Positions 19,805 through 30,322 are shown, counted from the stretch's first letter. The stretch is 64,000 nt of DNA from Gammaproteobacteria bacterium (GCA_965221955.1 CBDCTA010000022.1:352001-416000); one strand, 5' to 3'. The notes: generated from the sequence alone by a model not told the origin. Program-made: numbers and translations.

Positions 19805-20719
19805 TTGGAACTCTTTACTTTTCCCTTTAAAGCGATGGGCTCGCCTTGCGAGTTAAAACTTTATGCCGATGATGAAAATACTGCGAAGCAAGCGGCAAAC
19901 GATGCAATTGCGGAAGTTCATCGACTAGAAAAAAAATATTCTCGTTATCGAGAAGATAGTGTTACTACAAAAATAAACAATAGCGCAGGGGATAAAAACG
20001 GAATCGAAGTAGACTCAGAGACTGCATTGTTATTGAATTATGCACAGGTTGGTTTTGAGCAAAGCGATGGTTTATTTGATATTAGTTCAGGAATCTTACG
20101 CAAAGCTTGGGATTTTCGTTCCCAGCAACTACCTTCGCAAAACGAGATTGATGCATTATTACCGCTGATAGGTTGGGACAAGCTCATATGGAATCCTCCG
20201 CACTTGTATCTTCCATTAGAAGGTATGGAATTGGATTTTGGTGGCTATGTAAAGGAGTACGCTGCAGATGTAGTTGCAAACTTTTGTCGTAACGCAGAGA
20301 TACAAAGCGGCTTAGTCAATCTAGGCGGTGATATTTGCATCATTGGGCCACACCCTGGTGGTGATGCTTGGACAGTAGGCGTGCGACACCCTCGTAAACC
20401 AGATATGCCAATGTCTTTTGTGTTGTTAGATAAGGGTGGATTAGCCAGTAGTGGTGATTATGAGCGCTTCATGGTGGTGGATGGAATTCGCTACGCACAT
20501 ATTCTAAACCCCAAAACCGGTTGGCCAGTCAATAGCTTAGCCAGCACAAGTGTTTACGCGGATCAATGTGTAGTAGCCGGTACTTCTTCTACTGTTGCAA
20601 TGTTAAAGGGGGAGGACAAAGGTGTGGCTTGGCTAGAAGAACTAGGTTTGCCATATATTTGCATGAACCAGAAAGAAGAAATCTTTGGCACGCTCAAACG
20701 TGTGTCCGATCTAGGTTAA
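19805..20719 (+). CDS. apbE: FAD:protein FMN transferase (ApbE family)
   Basis: FKAMGS, GLFDIS, LDFGGYVKEYAAD, NLGGD, ASSGDYER, HILNPKTGWP. Confidence 0.93.
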   Translation: MELFTFPFKAMGSPCELKLYADDENTAKQAANDAIAEVHRLEKKYSRYREDSVTTKINNSAGDKNGIEVDSETALLLNYAQVGFEQSDGLFDISSGILRKAWDFRSQQLPSQNEIDALLPLIGWDKLIWNPPHLYLPLEGMELDFGGYVKEYAADVVANFCRNAEIQSGLVNLGGDICIIGPHPGGDAWTVGVRHPRKPDMPMSFVLLDKGGLASSGDYERFMVVDGIRYAHILNPKTGWPVNSLASTSVYADQCVVAGTSSTVAMLKGEDKGVAWLEELGLPYICMNQKEEIFGTLKRVSDLG

Positions 20720-20981
20720 TCGAAATTAAGTCGAGTATATGAGCTGTTACGAGTTTCAGCCAAAATGTGAAACGGATCACATTTCTATAATGAAATGCCA
20801 AAGAATACATAGCAATACAAACGTTTATTCATGCTTTGCTACCACCGGTCGATAAAAAGCGTTACCATTAATTCGCCACATTGTTCCAACTCCAGTGGCA
20901 AACCTGAAAGCCTTGTGGATGGATCCACGGGGCTTTCTTATATCTCATTGCAGAAATTAGCCAGTTATTTTCAATCAAATT

Positions 20982-22127
20982 TTATTGAGTTAAAAACTCG
21001 TCGATTTGCTGTGCATTTTGTTCTGCGTCTTTTTCACCGAGCTCTATTAATCGATTTAGATAATCAGGTTGGAACATTAATAGTGAGAGTGAGTCAGGAC
21101 TTTTCGTATCACGTGTACCAAAGCCTCGTGTGAAATATCGAAATGGTTGCGGCAAACGGATTTCATATTGACTTGCGAGTTTACCTAAGTCTTCACTGGG
21201 TCGCAGAATAAATAAATTTACTTTTTTTAATTCTTCGCGCGTTTCTTCATTTACTTCATCGTAGAGCATGTTGATGCGACTCATATTAGCGGCATCATAA
21301 TCAAGCAAATCTAAGAATATGGAGTCGAGTAAAATACCAATAATTTGCGCTACTGGTGCATATTCACCAATAACAGATTCATCAGGTGTCACTTGCCCGC
21401 CGCGGAAGCGAGTTGATATAGCAAGTATCTTTTTAGCACCTAAATGCATAATCGGAGAAAGTGGTGCAATCGATCGTATGCCGCCATCTCCATGCCAACC
21501 ATCATCAAGCTTAACGGCAGGAAATACTAAGGGTAATGCGGCAGAAGCCATGACATGATCTACGGTAATTTCAGCCATAGTACTGTGACGTCTGGGACGT
21601 TGCCAATGCTCTTCTACATGTCCTTGCGTCCAAGTAATGGCTTTACCCGTTCCATAGTTGGTACTAGTGATGCCTAAGACCCGTAATTTACCTTGTTGAA
21701 TATTTTCTTGAATGCCTTTGATTCTTTCTTTTGCTTTTGAGGCTAGTTTTTTTTCTAAAAAAATTCGTAATGGATCGCTATCTAATAAACTACGTTTGCG
21801 AGGACCCATATGACTGCCACCAAGAATAAAACTTAAGCCCCAGCGAAAAAAGTTTGCAAAAAAGTAACCGCTATCTGTTCGAAAAACTTTATCAGTTGTA
21901 AGTTCTAGCCATAGCTCGGCAAGTTGGTCGACGGCTTCATGAAAACTTCCTTGGTATGCTGCCAAATGTGCAGCATTTACTGCACCCGCAGAGACCCCTG
22001 TAAGAATGGGTGGATGGAAATCATCATACTGATTACAAATATAGCGTAATACTCCGACTTGATATGCAGCTCTAGCGCCTCCGCCGGTCATCGCTAAGCC
22101 TAATTCCGTATTAATTGTATTCGGCAT
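20982..22127 (-). CDS. Patatin-like phospholipase
   Basis: GGGARAAYQVG, GVSAG nucleophile, DGG. Confidence 0.9.
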   Translation of the reverse strand: MPNTINTELGLAMTGGGARAAYQVGVLRYICNQYDDFHPPILTGVSAGAVNAAHLAAYQGSFHEAVDQLAELWLELTTDKVFRTDSGYFFANFFRWGLSFILGGSHMGPRKRSLLDSDPLRIFLEKKLASKAKERIKGIQENIQQGKLRVLGITSTNYGTGKAITWTQGHVEEHWQRPRRHSTMAEITVDHVMASAALPLVFPAVKLDDGWHGDGGIRSIAPLSPIMHLGAKKILAISTRFRGGQVTPDESVIGEYAPVAQIIGILLDSIFLDLLDYDAANMSRINMLYDEVNEETREELKKVNLFILRPSEDLGKLASQYEIRLPQPFRYFTRGFGTRDTKSPDSLSLLMFQPDYLNRLIELGEKDAEQNAQQIDEFLTQ

Positions 22128-22342
22128 GTTGTTTTACAGTCTAACTAGGCTTATAACATTACTTGTATGTGGTTGTGATGGGTGGCATTCACAAGCGGTC
22201 TACATATTTAGAAAGGAATTTTATAAAGATGCTTTCAACGATAAGTCTTATAACGTATATATTTGGGTTATCTTATCGTCATGCTTCGAAATTGACTAGT
22301 CACCACATAAATGAAAGAAGTTAAGGGGTAAAGCGGGTATTA

Positions 22343-24988
22343 ATGGCTGATATTGATCCACAAGAAACACAAGAATGGTTACATGCTCTAGATGCCATTC
22401 TTGAACGCGATGGCGAAGAACGTGCGCACTATATCATCGAGCAATTGATTACTAATGCGCGTTTGGCAGGCGTGAATCTGCCATTTCGAAGCACTACATC
22501 ATATGTAAATACCATAGCAGCGGACGAAGAAGCACGTATACCGGGCAATCCTAGGATGGAACACCGGGTGCGTTCACTAGAGCGCTGGAATGCATTGGCA
22601 ATGGTGGTTCGCGCCAATAAAAAATTTCCTGAACTTGGTGGGCATATATCAACTTACGCTTCTTGCGCCACTTTAATGAGTATTGGTTTTAATCATTTTT
22701 TTCACCCAGCAACGAAAGAATCAGCGGGTGACTGTATTTATTTTCAAGGCCATGCTGCTCCTGGTGTATATGCACGTGCATATTTAGAAAATCGAGTTAG
22801 CGAAGAACAATTACAAAATTATCGTCGTGAAGTTGAAGGCAAAGGTCTTTCATCTTATCCGCACCCTTGGTTGATGCCTAACTTTTGGCAGTTTCCAACA
22901 GTATCAATGGGGCTGGCACCCATCATGGGCATTTATCAAGCGCGTTTCATGGAGTACTTACATGACCGTGGAATTATTGATAAAGCGAATCGTAAAGTTT
23001 GGGTGTTTACCGGTGATGGTGAAATGGATGAACCAGAATCGCTGGGTGCAATTTCCCTTGCGGCACGTGAAGAGTTAGATAATTTAATTTTTGTTATCAA
23101 TTGCAATCTGCAGCGTTTAGACGGGCCTGTGCGCGGTAACGGAAAAATTATTCAAGAACTCGAGGGTGTGTTTCGAGGTGCAGGTTGGAATGTAATCAAA
23201 CTTATTTGGGGAGGCAACTGGGATCCTTTACTTGCGAGAGATAAAGATGGGTTTTTGCGTAAGCGCATGAATGAAGCATTGGATGGAGACTATCAAAATT
23301 ATCGTGCTAAGGGCGGCGCTTATGTTCGCGAACACTTTTTCGGTAAGTATCCAGAGCTGGAAAAAGTAATTGAAAATATGACAGATGATGATATCTGGCG
23401 ATTGAACCGTGGTGGTCACGATCAACAAAAAGTTTATGCCGCGTATGCCGCCGCAGTAAAGCATCAAGGTCAACCGACTGTGATCTTAGCTAAAACGGTC
23501 AAAGGATATGGTTTAGGGAAAAGTGGTGAGAGTTTGAATATCGCTCATCAACTTAAAAAACCTGCAAAAGATTCTTTAATAGCTTTTCGTGATCGTTATC
23601 GAATACCGGTAAGTGATGAAGATTTGGAAGATGTGCCATTTTACAAGCCACCTGAAGACAGTGCAGAAATGCAATACCTGAAAGAATTACGCACTAAACT
23701 TCAAGGAGAAATTCCCAAACGTAACCAATCTTCCATTAATATAAAAATACCTCCACTTGAAATATTTAAAGATTTAATCGCAGGTAGCGATGGCCGAGAA
23801 AATTCCACTACGATGGCTTTTGTAAGAATTTTATTAGCACTGACACGTGAAAAATCTATCGCAAAATATATTGTGCCGATCGTGCCTGATGAAGCACGCA
23901 CGTTTGGTATGGAGGGGTTATTTCAAAGTATGGGTATTTATGCACATAAGGGCCAACTTTATGATCCGGTAGATGCAGATCAAGTGATGTATTACCGTGA
24001 AGATCAATCAGGACAAATTTTAGAAGAAGGTATCAATGAAGCAGGTGCGATGTCATCTTGGATTGCAGCGGCTACCTCTTATAGCACCCACAATATGCCG
24101 ATGATCCCTTTTTATATTTTTTATTCCATGTTTGGTTTTCAACGTATTGGTGACTTGGCTTGGGCAGCAGGGGATAGTCGTGCGCGCGGATTTTTAATTG
24201 GAGGAACGGCAGGGCGTACCACATTGGCTGGAGAAGGTTTACAACATCAAGATGGCCATAGTCACCTTCTGGCTTCCACTATTCCAAATTGTCGTGCCTA
24301 TGATCCTGCATTTGCATACGAACTTGCAGTGATTGTGCATTACGGTATGAAAATGATGTTTGAAGAAAAACAGGACTATTACTACTACATCACTGTGATG
24401 AATGAGAATTATGCACAACCTGAAATGCCTAAAGGGTGTGAGCAAGGCATCATCAATGGCATGTACCTATTTCAGCAAGTAAAAGCAAAACAACATCATG
24501 TTCAATTATTAGGTAGTGGAGCCATTTTATTAGAAGTTATTGCAGCGGCTGAACTATTGGAAAGAGACTTTTCTGTAAGCAGTGATGTTTGGAGTGTTAC
24601 GAGTTTTAATCGATTAAGACGTAATGGCATGGAAGTACAACGATGGAACATGCTACATCCTGATGAAAAACCAAAAGAGTCTCATGTGAAACAATGTTTG
24701 CACGATACAAAGGGACCGGTTATTGCAGCGACGGATTATATGAAAATCTATGCAGATCAAATCCGTCCATATATAGACAAAAACTATGTGGTGTTGGGCA
24801 CCGATGGGTTTGGGCGTAGCGATACGCGTAAGCAATTACGATATTTCTTTGAAGTCAATGCACAATACATTGCTACCGCGGCACTTTTTGCTTTGGTAGA
24901 AGAAGGCAGCTTAGATCGGTCCATTTTAGTGACTGCGATGCAGAAATATGGGATTGATGCTGATAAATCCGATCCAGTATTTTCTTAA
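22343..24988 (+). CDS. aceE: Pyruvate dehydrogenase E1, homodimeric type
   Basis: DIDPQETQEW, FPTVSMGL, TPP motif GDGEMDEPE, GEGLQHQDG. Confidence 0.97.
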   Translation: MADIDPQETQEWLHALDAILERDGEERAHYIIEQLITNARLAGVNLPFRSTTSYVNTIAADEEARIPGNPRMEHRVRSLERWNALAMVVRANKKFPELGGHISTYASCATLMSIGFNHFFHPATKESAGDCIYFQGHAAPGVYARAYLENRVSEEQLQNYRREVEGKGLSSYPHPWLMPNFWQFPTVSMGLAPIMGIYQARFMEYLHDRGIIDKANRKVWVFTGDGEMDEPESLGAISLAAREELDNLIFVINCNLQRLDGPVRGNGKIIQELEGVFRGAGWNVIKLIWGGNWDPLLARDKDGFLRKRMNEALDGDYQNYRAKGGAYVREHFFGKYPELEKVIENMTDDDIWRLNRGGHDQQKVYAAYAAAVKHQGQPTVILAKTVKGYGLGKSGESLNIAHQLKKPAKDSLIAFRDRYRIPVSDEDLEDVPFYKPPEDSAEMQYLKELRTKLQGEIPKRNQSSINIKIPPLEIFKDLIAGSDGRENSTTMAFVRILLALTREKSIAKYIVPIVPDEARTFGMEGLFQSMGIYAHKGQLYDPVDADQVMYYREDQSGQILEEGINEAGAMSSWIAAATSYSTHNMPMIPFYIFYSMFGFQRIGDLAWAAGDSRARGFLIGGTAGRTTLAGEGLQHQDGHSHLLASTIPNCRAYDPAFAYELAVIVHYGMKMMFEEKQDYYYYITVMNENYAQPEMPKGCEQGIINGMYLFQQVKAKQHHVQLLGSGAILLEVIAAAELLERDFSVSSDVWSVTSFNRLRRNGMEVQRWNMLHPDEKPKESHVKQCLHDTKGPVIAATDYMKIYADQIRPYIDKNYVVLGTDGFGRSDTRKQLRYFFEVNAQYIATAALFALVEEGSLDRSILVTAMQKYGIDADKSDPVFS

Positions 24989-24993
24989 AATTT

Positions 24994-26256
24994 GTGAGCA
25001 AAAAAAACATACAAATTACAGACATAGCAGATTTTGAATCTGTAGATGTAGTGGAAATACTTGTTCAAGCTGGTGATGAGATCGCCGTAGATCAACCATT
25101 GATTACAGTAGAAAGCGAAAAGGCCATGATGGATTATCCATCACCATACGCAGGTGTAGTGGATAAAGTCCTTGTTGAAGAAGGTAATAAAGTGAGTGAG
25201 GGTGACACTATTATCGTCTTGGATATGCAGGAACATGAGAATACAACTCAGGGAAAAGTCATTCAAAAAGTTGAGCAACCCAATAGTCAGCCCAAACTAG
25301 AGATCAGCAAAGAAGTTAGTCAAGAAACCAATACTGCATCTTCCCAGCAGTTGAACAATTTAAGTAAACAAAATGCTTATGCGAGTCCTGGCACACAGAA
25401 ATATGCGCGCGAACTAGGCGTTAGTCTTGATGATGTTCAAGGAAGTGGGCGTAAACAAAGGGTTTTAATAGAAGATGTTCAGCAGCATGTCCGCCAACGT
25501 TTAGGTAATGGGTCTGGGCCTCTTGCACCTGCTAGAAAGCCACTGGACTTTTCAAAATATGGCGCATCAGAAACGAAAGACTTAAATAAAATTCAAAAAC
25601 TAACCGCAGAAAATATGCTACACGCTTGGAATAGCATTCCTCATGTAACGCATTTTGATCAAGCTGATGTCACACAACTTGAATTACATAGAAAAAAATT
25701 AGCAAAAGAATTAAGCTCTAAGCAAATTAAACTTACGCCACTTGCATTTGTAGCCAAAGCTTTGGTGGTTAGTCTAAAACAATTCCCGCAATTTAATTCA
25801 TCCCTTGATGACGTTGCCGAAAAGATAATTTATAAGGATTTTTTTCATATCGGCATTGCGGTAGATACAGAATATGGTCTATTTGTACCAGTGCTACGTG
25901 ATGTGGATAAAAAACCGCTCGAACAAGTAGCAAAAGATTTAATTGATGTAAGTGAGCTTGCAAGAAAAAGAAAGCTTACCCCTAGTCATATGGGTGGAGC
26001 GAGTATGACGATTTCTAGTTTGGGTAATTTAGGCGGGCAAGCATTTACTCCAATTATAAACCCACCAGAAGTTGCTATCTTGGGCTTGTCAAAAATGATT
26101 ATCAACGAAAAAACTTCTGGTGCTGAAACTGAACAACAAAAATTATTACCTTTATCTTTATCGTATGATCATCGTGTAATTAATGGTGCAGAAGCAGCGC
26201 GTTTTTGCACACATTTGAAAAATGTTTTAGAAGATATTTGGAAACTGATTCTTTAA
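24994..26256 (+). CDS. aceF: Dihydrolipoamide acetyltransferase E2 (single lipoyl domain)
   Basis: Lipoyl motif VESEKAMM, E3-binding YASPG..ARELGV, catalytic SYDHRVINGA. Confidence 0.93.
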   Translation: MSKKNIQITDIADFESVDVVEILVQAGDEIAVDQPLITVESEKAMMDYPSPYAGVVDKVLVEEGNKVSEGDTIIVLDMQEHENTTQGKVIQKVEQPNSQPKLEISKEVSQETNTASSQQLNNLSKQNAYASPGTQKYARELGVSLDDVQGSGRKQRVLIEDVQQHVRQRLGNGSGPLAPARKPLDFSKYGASETKDLNKIQKLTAENMLHAWNSIPHVTHFDQADVTQLELHRKKLAKELSSKQIKLTPLAFVAKALVVSLKQFPQFNSSLDDVAEKIIYKDFFHIGIAVDTEYGLFVPVLRDVDKKPLEQVAKDLIDVSELARKRKLTPSHMGGASMTISSLGNLGGQAFTPIINPPEVAILGLSKMIINEKTSGAETEQQKLLPLSLSYDHRVINGAEAARFCTHLKNVLEDIWKLIL

Positions 26257-26267
26257 TAGTTAATAGC

Positions 26268-27371
26268 ATGAGAATTGGTATTCCAAAAGAAATTAAAGCA
26301 GATGAATATCGAATCGCACTACTTCCTGTAGGCGCGCAGCTACTTGTAAAAGATGGGCACGATGTATTCATAGAAAAAAATGCGGGTTTAGCTAGTGGCT
26401 ACGCAGATGAGGAATACCAATTAGTCGGAGCAGAAATTGTAGAATCGTCAGATGATCTATTTAGTCAATCTGACTTAATTATCAAAGTTAAAGAACCTCA
26501 AATAGAAGAGTTAGAAAAATTATCCGCATCACAGATTGTATTTGGATATCAGCATTTTGCTAGTTCTGCAGAGTTAACTGAAGCTTGCATAAAAAAGAAT
26601 ATCACGGCTTTAGCGTATGAAACGTTGACGGATTCTCATGGGCAATTACCGTTATTAAAGCCCATGAGCGAAGTTGCAGGAAAGATGTCTATTCAAGAAG
26701 GGGCTAAATGTCTTGAAAAACCCATGTTAGGTCGTGGTGTGTTGCTCGGAGGCGTAGCGGGTGTAGCCCCTGCAAATGTGCTCATCCTTGGTGCGGGAGT
26801 AGTAGGTTCAAATGCCGCACGGGTTGCTGCGGGTCTCGGTGCGAATGTAGTGATCATGGATATTGATATCGACAAGCTAAGACATATTGACGAGGTCATG
26901 CCGGATAACGTTACGACGATATATTCTGATCCTCATGCCATTGAACAATGTGCCATCAATGCTGATTTAATTATTGGTGCCACCCTGATTCCAGGTGCGC
27001 GCGCGGTGAAGTTAATCCATAAGGAGCTTTTAAAAAGTTTAAAAAACGGAACCGTTATGGTTGATGTGGCAATTGATCAAGGTGGCTGCTTTGAAACCAG
27101 TAAACCCACTACACACCATGACCCTGTTTATGTGATTAATGATATTGTTCACTATTGTGTGACAAATATCCCTGGCGCTGTAGCACGTACAAGCAGTCAA
27201 GCATTATGTAATGCGACCTTACCCTATATACAAAAACTGAGTAATTTAGGTTTAGAAGCCTTTCTTCATGAAAGCAAAAATATGCGCAATGCGTTAAATA
27301 TTCATGCTGGTAAAATTAAACATTTAGCGGTTGCAAATGCATTTCCAAATTTACCAAATAGCTTTCGTTAA
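26268..27371 (+). CDS. ald: Alanine dehydrogenase
   Basis: MRIGIPKEIK, KVKEP, PMSEVAG, GAGVVG, DVAIDQGGC, HYCVTNIPG; start at ATG 26268. Confidence 0.95.
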   Translation: MRIGIPKEIKADEYRIALLPVGAQLLVKDGHDVFIEKNAGLASGYADEEYQLVGAEIVESSDDLFSQSDLIIKVKEPQIEELEKLSASQIVFGYQHFASSAELTEACIKKNITALAYETLTDSHGQLPLLKPMSEVAGKMSIQEGAKCLEKPMLGRGVLLGGVAGVAPANVLILGAGVVGSNAARVAAGLGANVVIMDIDIDKLRHIDEVMPDNVTTIYSDPHAIEQCAINADLIIGATLIPGARAVKLIHKELLKSLKNGTVMVDVAIDQGGCFETSKPTTHHDPVYVINDIVHYCVTNIPGAVARTSSQALCNATLPYIQKLSNLGLEAFLHESKNMRNALNIHAGKIKHLAVANAFPNLPNSFR

Positions 27372-27961
27372 CGAAATTCTAAAAAATAAATAGCCACACC
27401 TAATAAAATCAGCGCTATTTCAATTACGCTAATCCAAATTAACATATAGCTAATTCTTCTAGCGGCAGGTTTCATTAGCAACCAAACATGTTGTTTATAG
27501 AATTTCCAAGGCAAAAACCAAGACCATTTTTGCCAGTCAATCAAATACTGCTGAATCGCTTCGGCCCATTTGGTCAAGCTTTTATCTACTTTATTTAACT
27601 GATCCAAATCTTCTTCAGCTTTAAGACCATGATACTTTTCAGTGATGGTTAATTTAGAGCCTTTGGGTACTTCTTCTATTAAGAAAATCGATTCATATTT
27701 AATTCCATTTTCATATTGAATACGTATACCGTTTTTCATCTTAGTGACATTCAAATTAGTTTGTAATGAAAATTCAGGTTTTTGGCTATGATTAACTAAA
27801 TCGACGTAATATTTATGTGTTTGAATTTCTTCCCATTTCAGGATTTCAAGATAAGGATTAATTCTAAATAATGTCTCAAGTTTGAGGCAAAATTTGAATA
27901 ATTCGGTATTGCTTAGCGGAGTTTTGAATTCAGCCCAAGCTTTGTTTTCTGTATGTTCCAA
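27368..27961 (-). CDS. Hypothetical protein with C-terminal membrane anchor
   Basis: LFRINPYL motif, soluble domain then a TM helix; last gene of the YeiH cluster. Confidence 0.75.
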   Translation of the reverse strand: MEHTENKAWAEFKTPLSNTELFKFCLKLETLFRINPYLEILKWEEIQTHKYYVDLVNHSQKPEFSLQTNLNVTKMKNGIRIQYENGIKYESIFLIEEVPKGSKLTITEKYHGLKAEEDLDQLNKVDKSLTKWAEAIQQYLIDWQKWSWFLPWKFYKQHVWLLMKPAARRISYMLIWISVIEIALILLGVAIYFLEFR

Positions 27962-27967
27962 TGCGGA

Positions 27968-28435
27968 TTATGCGCAAACGAGAGGATGTGGTATTTGCAG
28001 GTGTTCTATTGGTAAATATTTATAAAAACGCTTGCCTGTCATGCGTGACTTTAGGCCAGGCATAGTTTTTGGGCGAGTTGAACCGGTAATCACTAGTTTA
28101 TAATTACCTTCTTGACAGGCTTTAAGCAATTCGTTTTCTGGATCGCCGATCACTACCTTATGTTTAGCCTCGATGTCAAAAGGCTGCAATTGCTTTTGTA
28201 AACGAGTAATCGTTTCATCAATTTCATGTGCTAATTCAGATTCTAGATAATTACCAAAACGTTCACGCGTAATCTCATTGTTTAGCCAATCATCACCAAG
28301 CATGTTTTTCCAAAATTCTGGAAGCACATATAAATGTGTGAGTTCAGTATTGGTTAAGCATAGCTTTAATAATGCTTTCTCGGCCGCTTGCGCGCCAATT
28401 GTGCCATGGCTGGCAAGTAAAATTTTATTTAGCAC
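27968..28435 (-). CDS. Universal stress protein
   Basis: NKILLASHG, VIGDPE, LVITGS; likely GTG start at 28435 (ORF track 28459). Confidence 0.85.
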   Translation of the reverse strand: MLNKILLASHGTIGAQAAEKALLKLCLTNTELTHLYVLPEFWKNMLGDDWLNNEITRERFGNYLESELAHEIDETITRLQKQLQPFDIEAKHKVVIGDPENELLKACQEGNYKLVITGSTRPKTMPGLKSRMTGKRFYKYLPIEHLQIPHPLVCA

Positions 28436-28448
28436 TCGTTCTTGCTTT

Positions 28449-28571
28449 CTAATAGGCAAGATAGACGAATAGCGCGATCACTAAAGCCAATATCAAAGCC
28501 ATTAAATCTTCTCTTCGATCACTGTTAAAAATAGATAAGACTGATCCGCGATCAAATTTTTGTTCTTGCAT
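28449..28571 (-). CDS. 40-aa small membrane protein (not in ORF track)
   Basis: MQEQKFDRGSVLSIFNSDRREDLMALILALVIALFVYLAY*; RBS AGGAG 8 nt upstream; fills the gap between exporter and USP. Confidence 0.75.
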   Translation of the reverse strand: MQEQKFDRGSVLSIFNSDRREDLMALILALVIALFVYLAY

Positions 28572-28591
28572 CTTAATTACTCCTGAGATTT

Positions 28592-30172
28592 TTAAATTGT
28601 TTCCGAAATCAGTAATAGAACAACCACTAAAGATAAACTTGCTTTTATAAAGCCGACAATGCCGCCTATTACCGCAGGTTGTCCGCCTGCTTGTCGCATT
28701 GCAGAAACAGTAATTTGCATACCGAGTCCTACGAGCCCAAAAGCAAATAGCCAGGTAATCCAGTTTCTGAATGCCTTAATTTTTTTCGCAGTATGGCGCA
28801 CAGACTTATGTGCTTTTTTAAGAATTTCATTTGCTGGTTTTGATAAAACCTTTGCATTAACCAAGCCGCGCAATACATCGTCATCATCAATACTCATGAC
28901 CTTGCCATGTTGAATCAACTGTTGAAGCGCCTGTTTTCGATCTTGTCTTTGGACTTTAGTAACTTCGTTGCTTAATACACTTTTACTTTCATTGCTTAAA
29001 AGATTTTCAGACTTAAACCCACTCTCTTCCGTATTGCCAAAATATTTACCTTTATAATGATTCGCGGGTGCAAATATTCCTGTGGTTGAAAGCGCAAAAA
29101 GTAAAATAAAGCCCAAGACAAATATTGGAAACTTTTCAAAAACGACTTTAGCAACGTTTACTTGTTGTGTTGCTTTATCTTCACGTTTTACATACCAAAC
29201 GGATAACCATAAAACGATGATAGGTAAAACAAGTACACGTGTAATATTAAATATCTCAGCAACTTTTAGTGTTTCAATGCCATCAGGTTGGTAGGCTAAT
29301 GCAGCGCCGGCTACTTGTGCAGAGTTTAAAATTCCGGTACCGGCCCAAGCCCCAAATTGCACATGGGATAAGTTGAGCAAATGTCCAATGATGGGAAAGA
29401 TGAACATACACAGCACGCCCCATAACAAGATGGTGCCAATGGTGTAAGCGATTTCTACAGACTTGGCTTTAACTACAGGTGCGGCAGCAACCGTAGCTGA
29501 AACACCACAAACCCCCATGCCTGCTGACAAGACGCCACCCATGGAGTTAGGAATTTTTCTTCGTGCCCCTAGCCATAAAACCAGACCCACCGAGCCCAAC
29601 ACAAAAAATCCAATCATGACGATCGAGAGGCCGCCAAGATTTTTTAACTCTGCTGCACTATAAAGTGTACCTAGCAAGATCACACCGGTTTTTAAACCCA
29701 GGCGTGAAAGACGCACCCCATTTTCTGCCCAACCAGGAATTTTAAATACATTAACAACAATGATGCCGACTAAGATGCCTAATACAACATAATTTAAACC
29801 AAGTATTTCGTGTATAAATTTTCCTGTATTACCCACTTTGCCCATTCCTTTACCAAGCACAGCAATCTCAGGGGCAACAAACCAACGTACTACCATTGAA
29901 ATCAAAAGAATAAACATGGCACCTGCAATCGTGGAAAGGTAATAGTCACATGTGCCCTCTTTATGCTTGCCTAGCCATTGCCAAAGGCCAAAAATGATAG
30001 AGAAGGCCCCGAAATAAAGAGGTAGAGTAGTCAGTTCATTAAAATATTTATATTTTTCACCACCGAGGTGATGAATATAGGTCGATAGGAGATCAGCACT
30101 GGAAAGATACCAAATAGCCAACATGATGAGCCCAATGATAAATAAGGCCGGAGATTTTTTTGTATAGACCAT
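28592..30172 (-). CDS. YeiH/UPF0324 putative sulfate/sulfite exporter family transporter, extended form
   Basis: LKTGVILLG, GMGVCGVSA, FGAWAGTGI, QVAGAA, LVGLGMQ; many TM helices. Confidence 0.85.
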   Translation of the reverse strand: MVYTKKSPALFIIGLIMLAIWYLSSADLLSTYIHHLGGEKYKYFNELTTLPLYFGAFSIIFGLWQWLGKHKEGTCDYYLSTIAGAMFILLISMVVRWFVAPEIAVLGKGMGKVGNTGKFIHEILGLNYVVLGILVGIIVVNVFKIPGWAENGVRLSRLGLKTGVILLGTLYSAAELKNLGGLSIVMIGFFVLGSVGLVLWLGARRKIPNSMGGVLSAGMGVCGVSATVAAAPVVKAKSVEIAYTIGTILLWGVLCMFIFPIIGHLLNLSHVQFGAWAGTGILNSAQVAGAALAYQPDGIETLKVAEIFNITRVLVLPIIVLWLSVWYVKREDKATQQVNVAKVVFEKFPIFVLGFILLFALSTTGIFAPANHYKGKYFGNTEESGFKSENLLSNESKSVLSNEVTKVQRQDRKQALQQLIQHGKVMSIDDDDVLRGLVNAKVLSKPANEILKKAHKSVRHTAKKIKAFRNWITWLFAFGLVGLGMQITVSAMRQAGGQPAVIGGIVGFIKASLSLVVVLLLISETI

Positions 30173-30322
30173 GCAATACCCTTGTTATTTTTATTATTGA
30201 AATTTCAGCTATGCTAAATAAGAGCTATCACTGAGATGAGTATTATGGCTAAGAGTATAGCCACAAGTCTTATATCACAATCATAAACTTTCTATAAATA
30301 TTTTTTATTTGTTCTATTAAAA

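Noticed and set aside
20831-21133. 100-aa ORF after apbE
   Set aside because: Overlaps the patatin gene antisense; no motifs
26161-26190. aceF catalytic motif DHRVING instead of DHRxxDG
   Set aside because: The Asn variant is known in functional Azotobacter/Pseudomonas E2; not a defect
30278-30295. Possible Pho box upstream of phoX (CAATCATAAACTTTCTAT)
   Set aside because: Too poor a match to the CTGTCAT direct repeat to call
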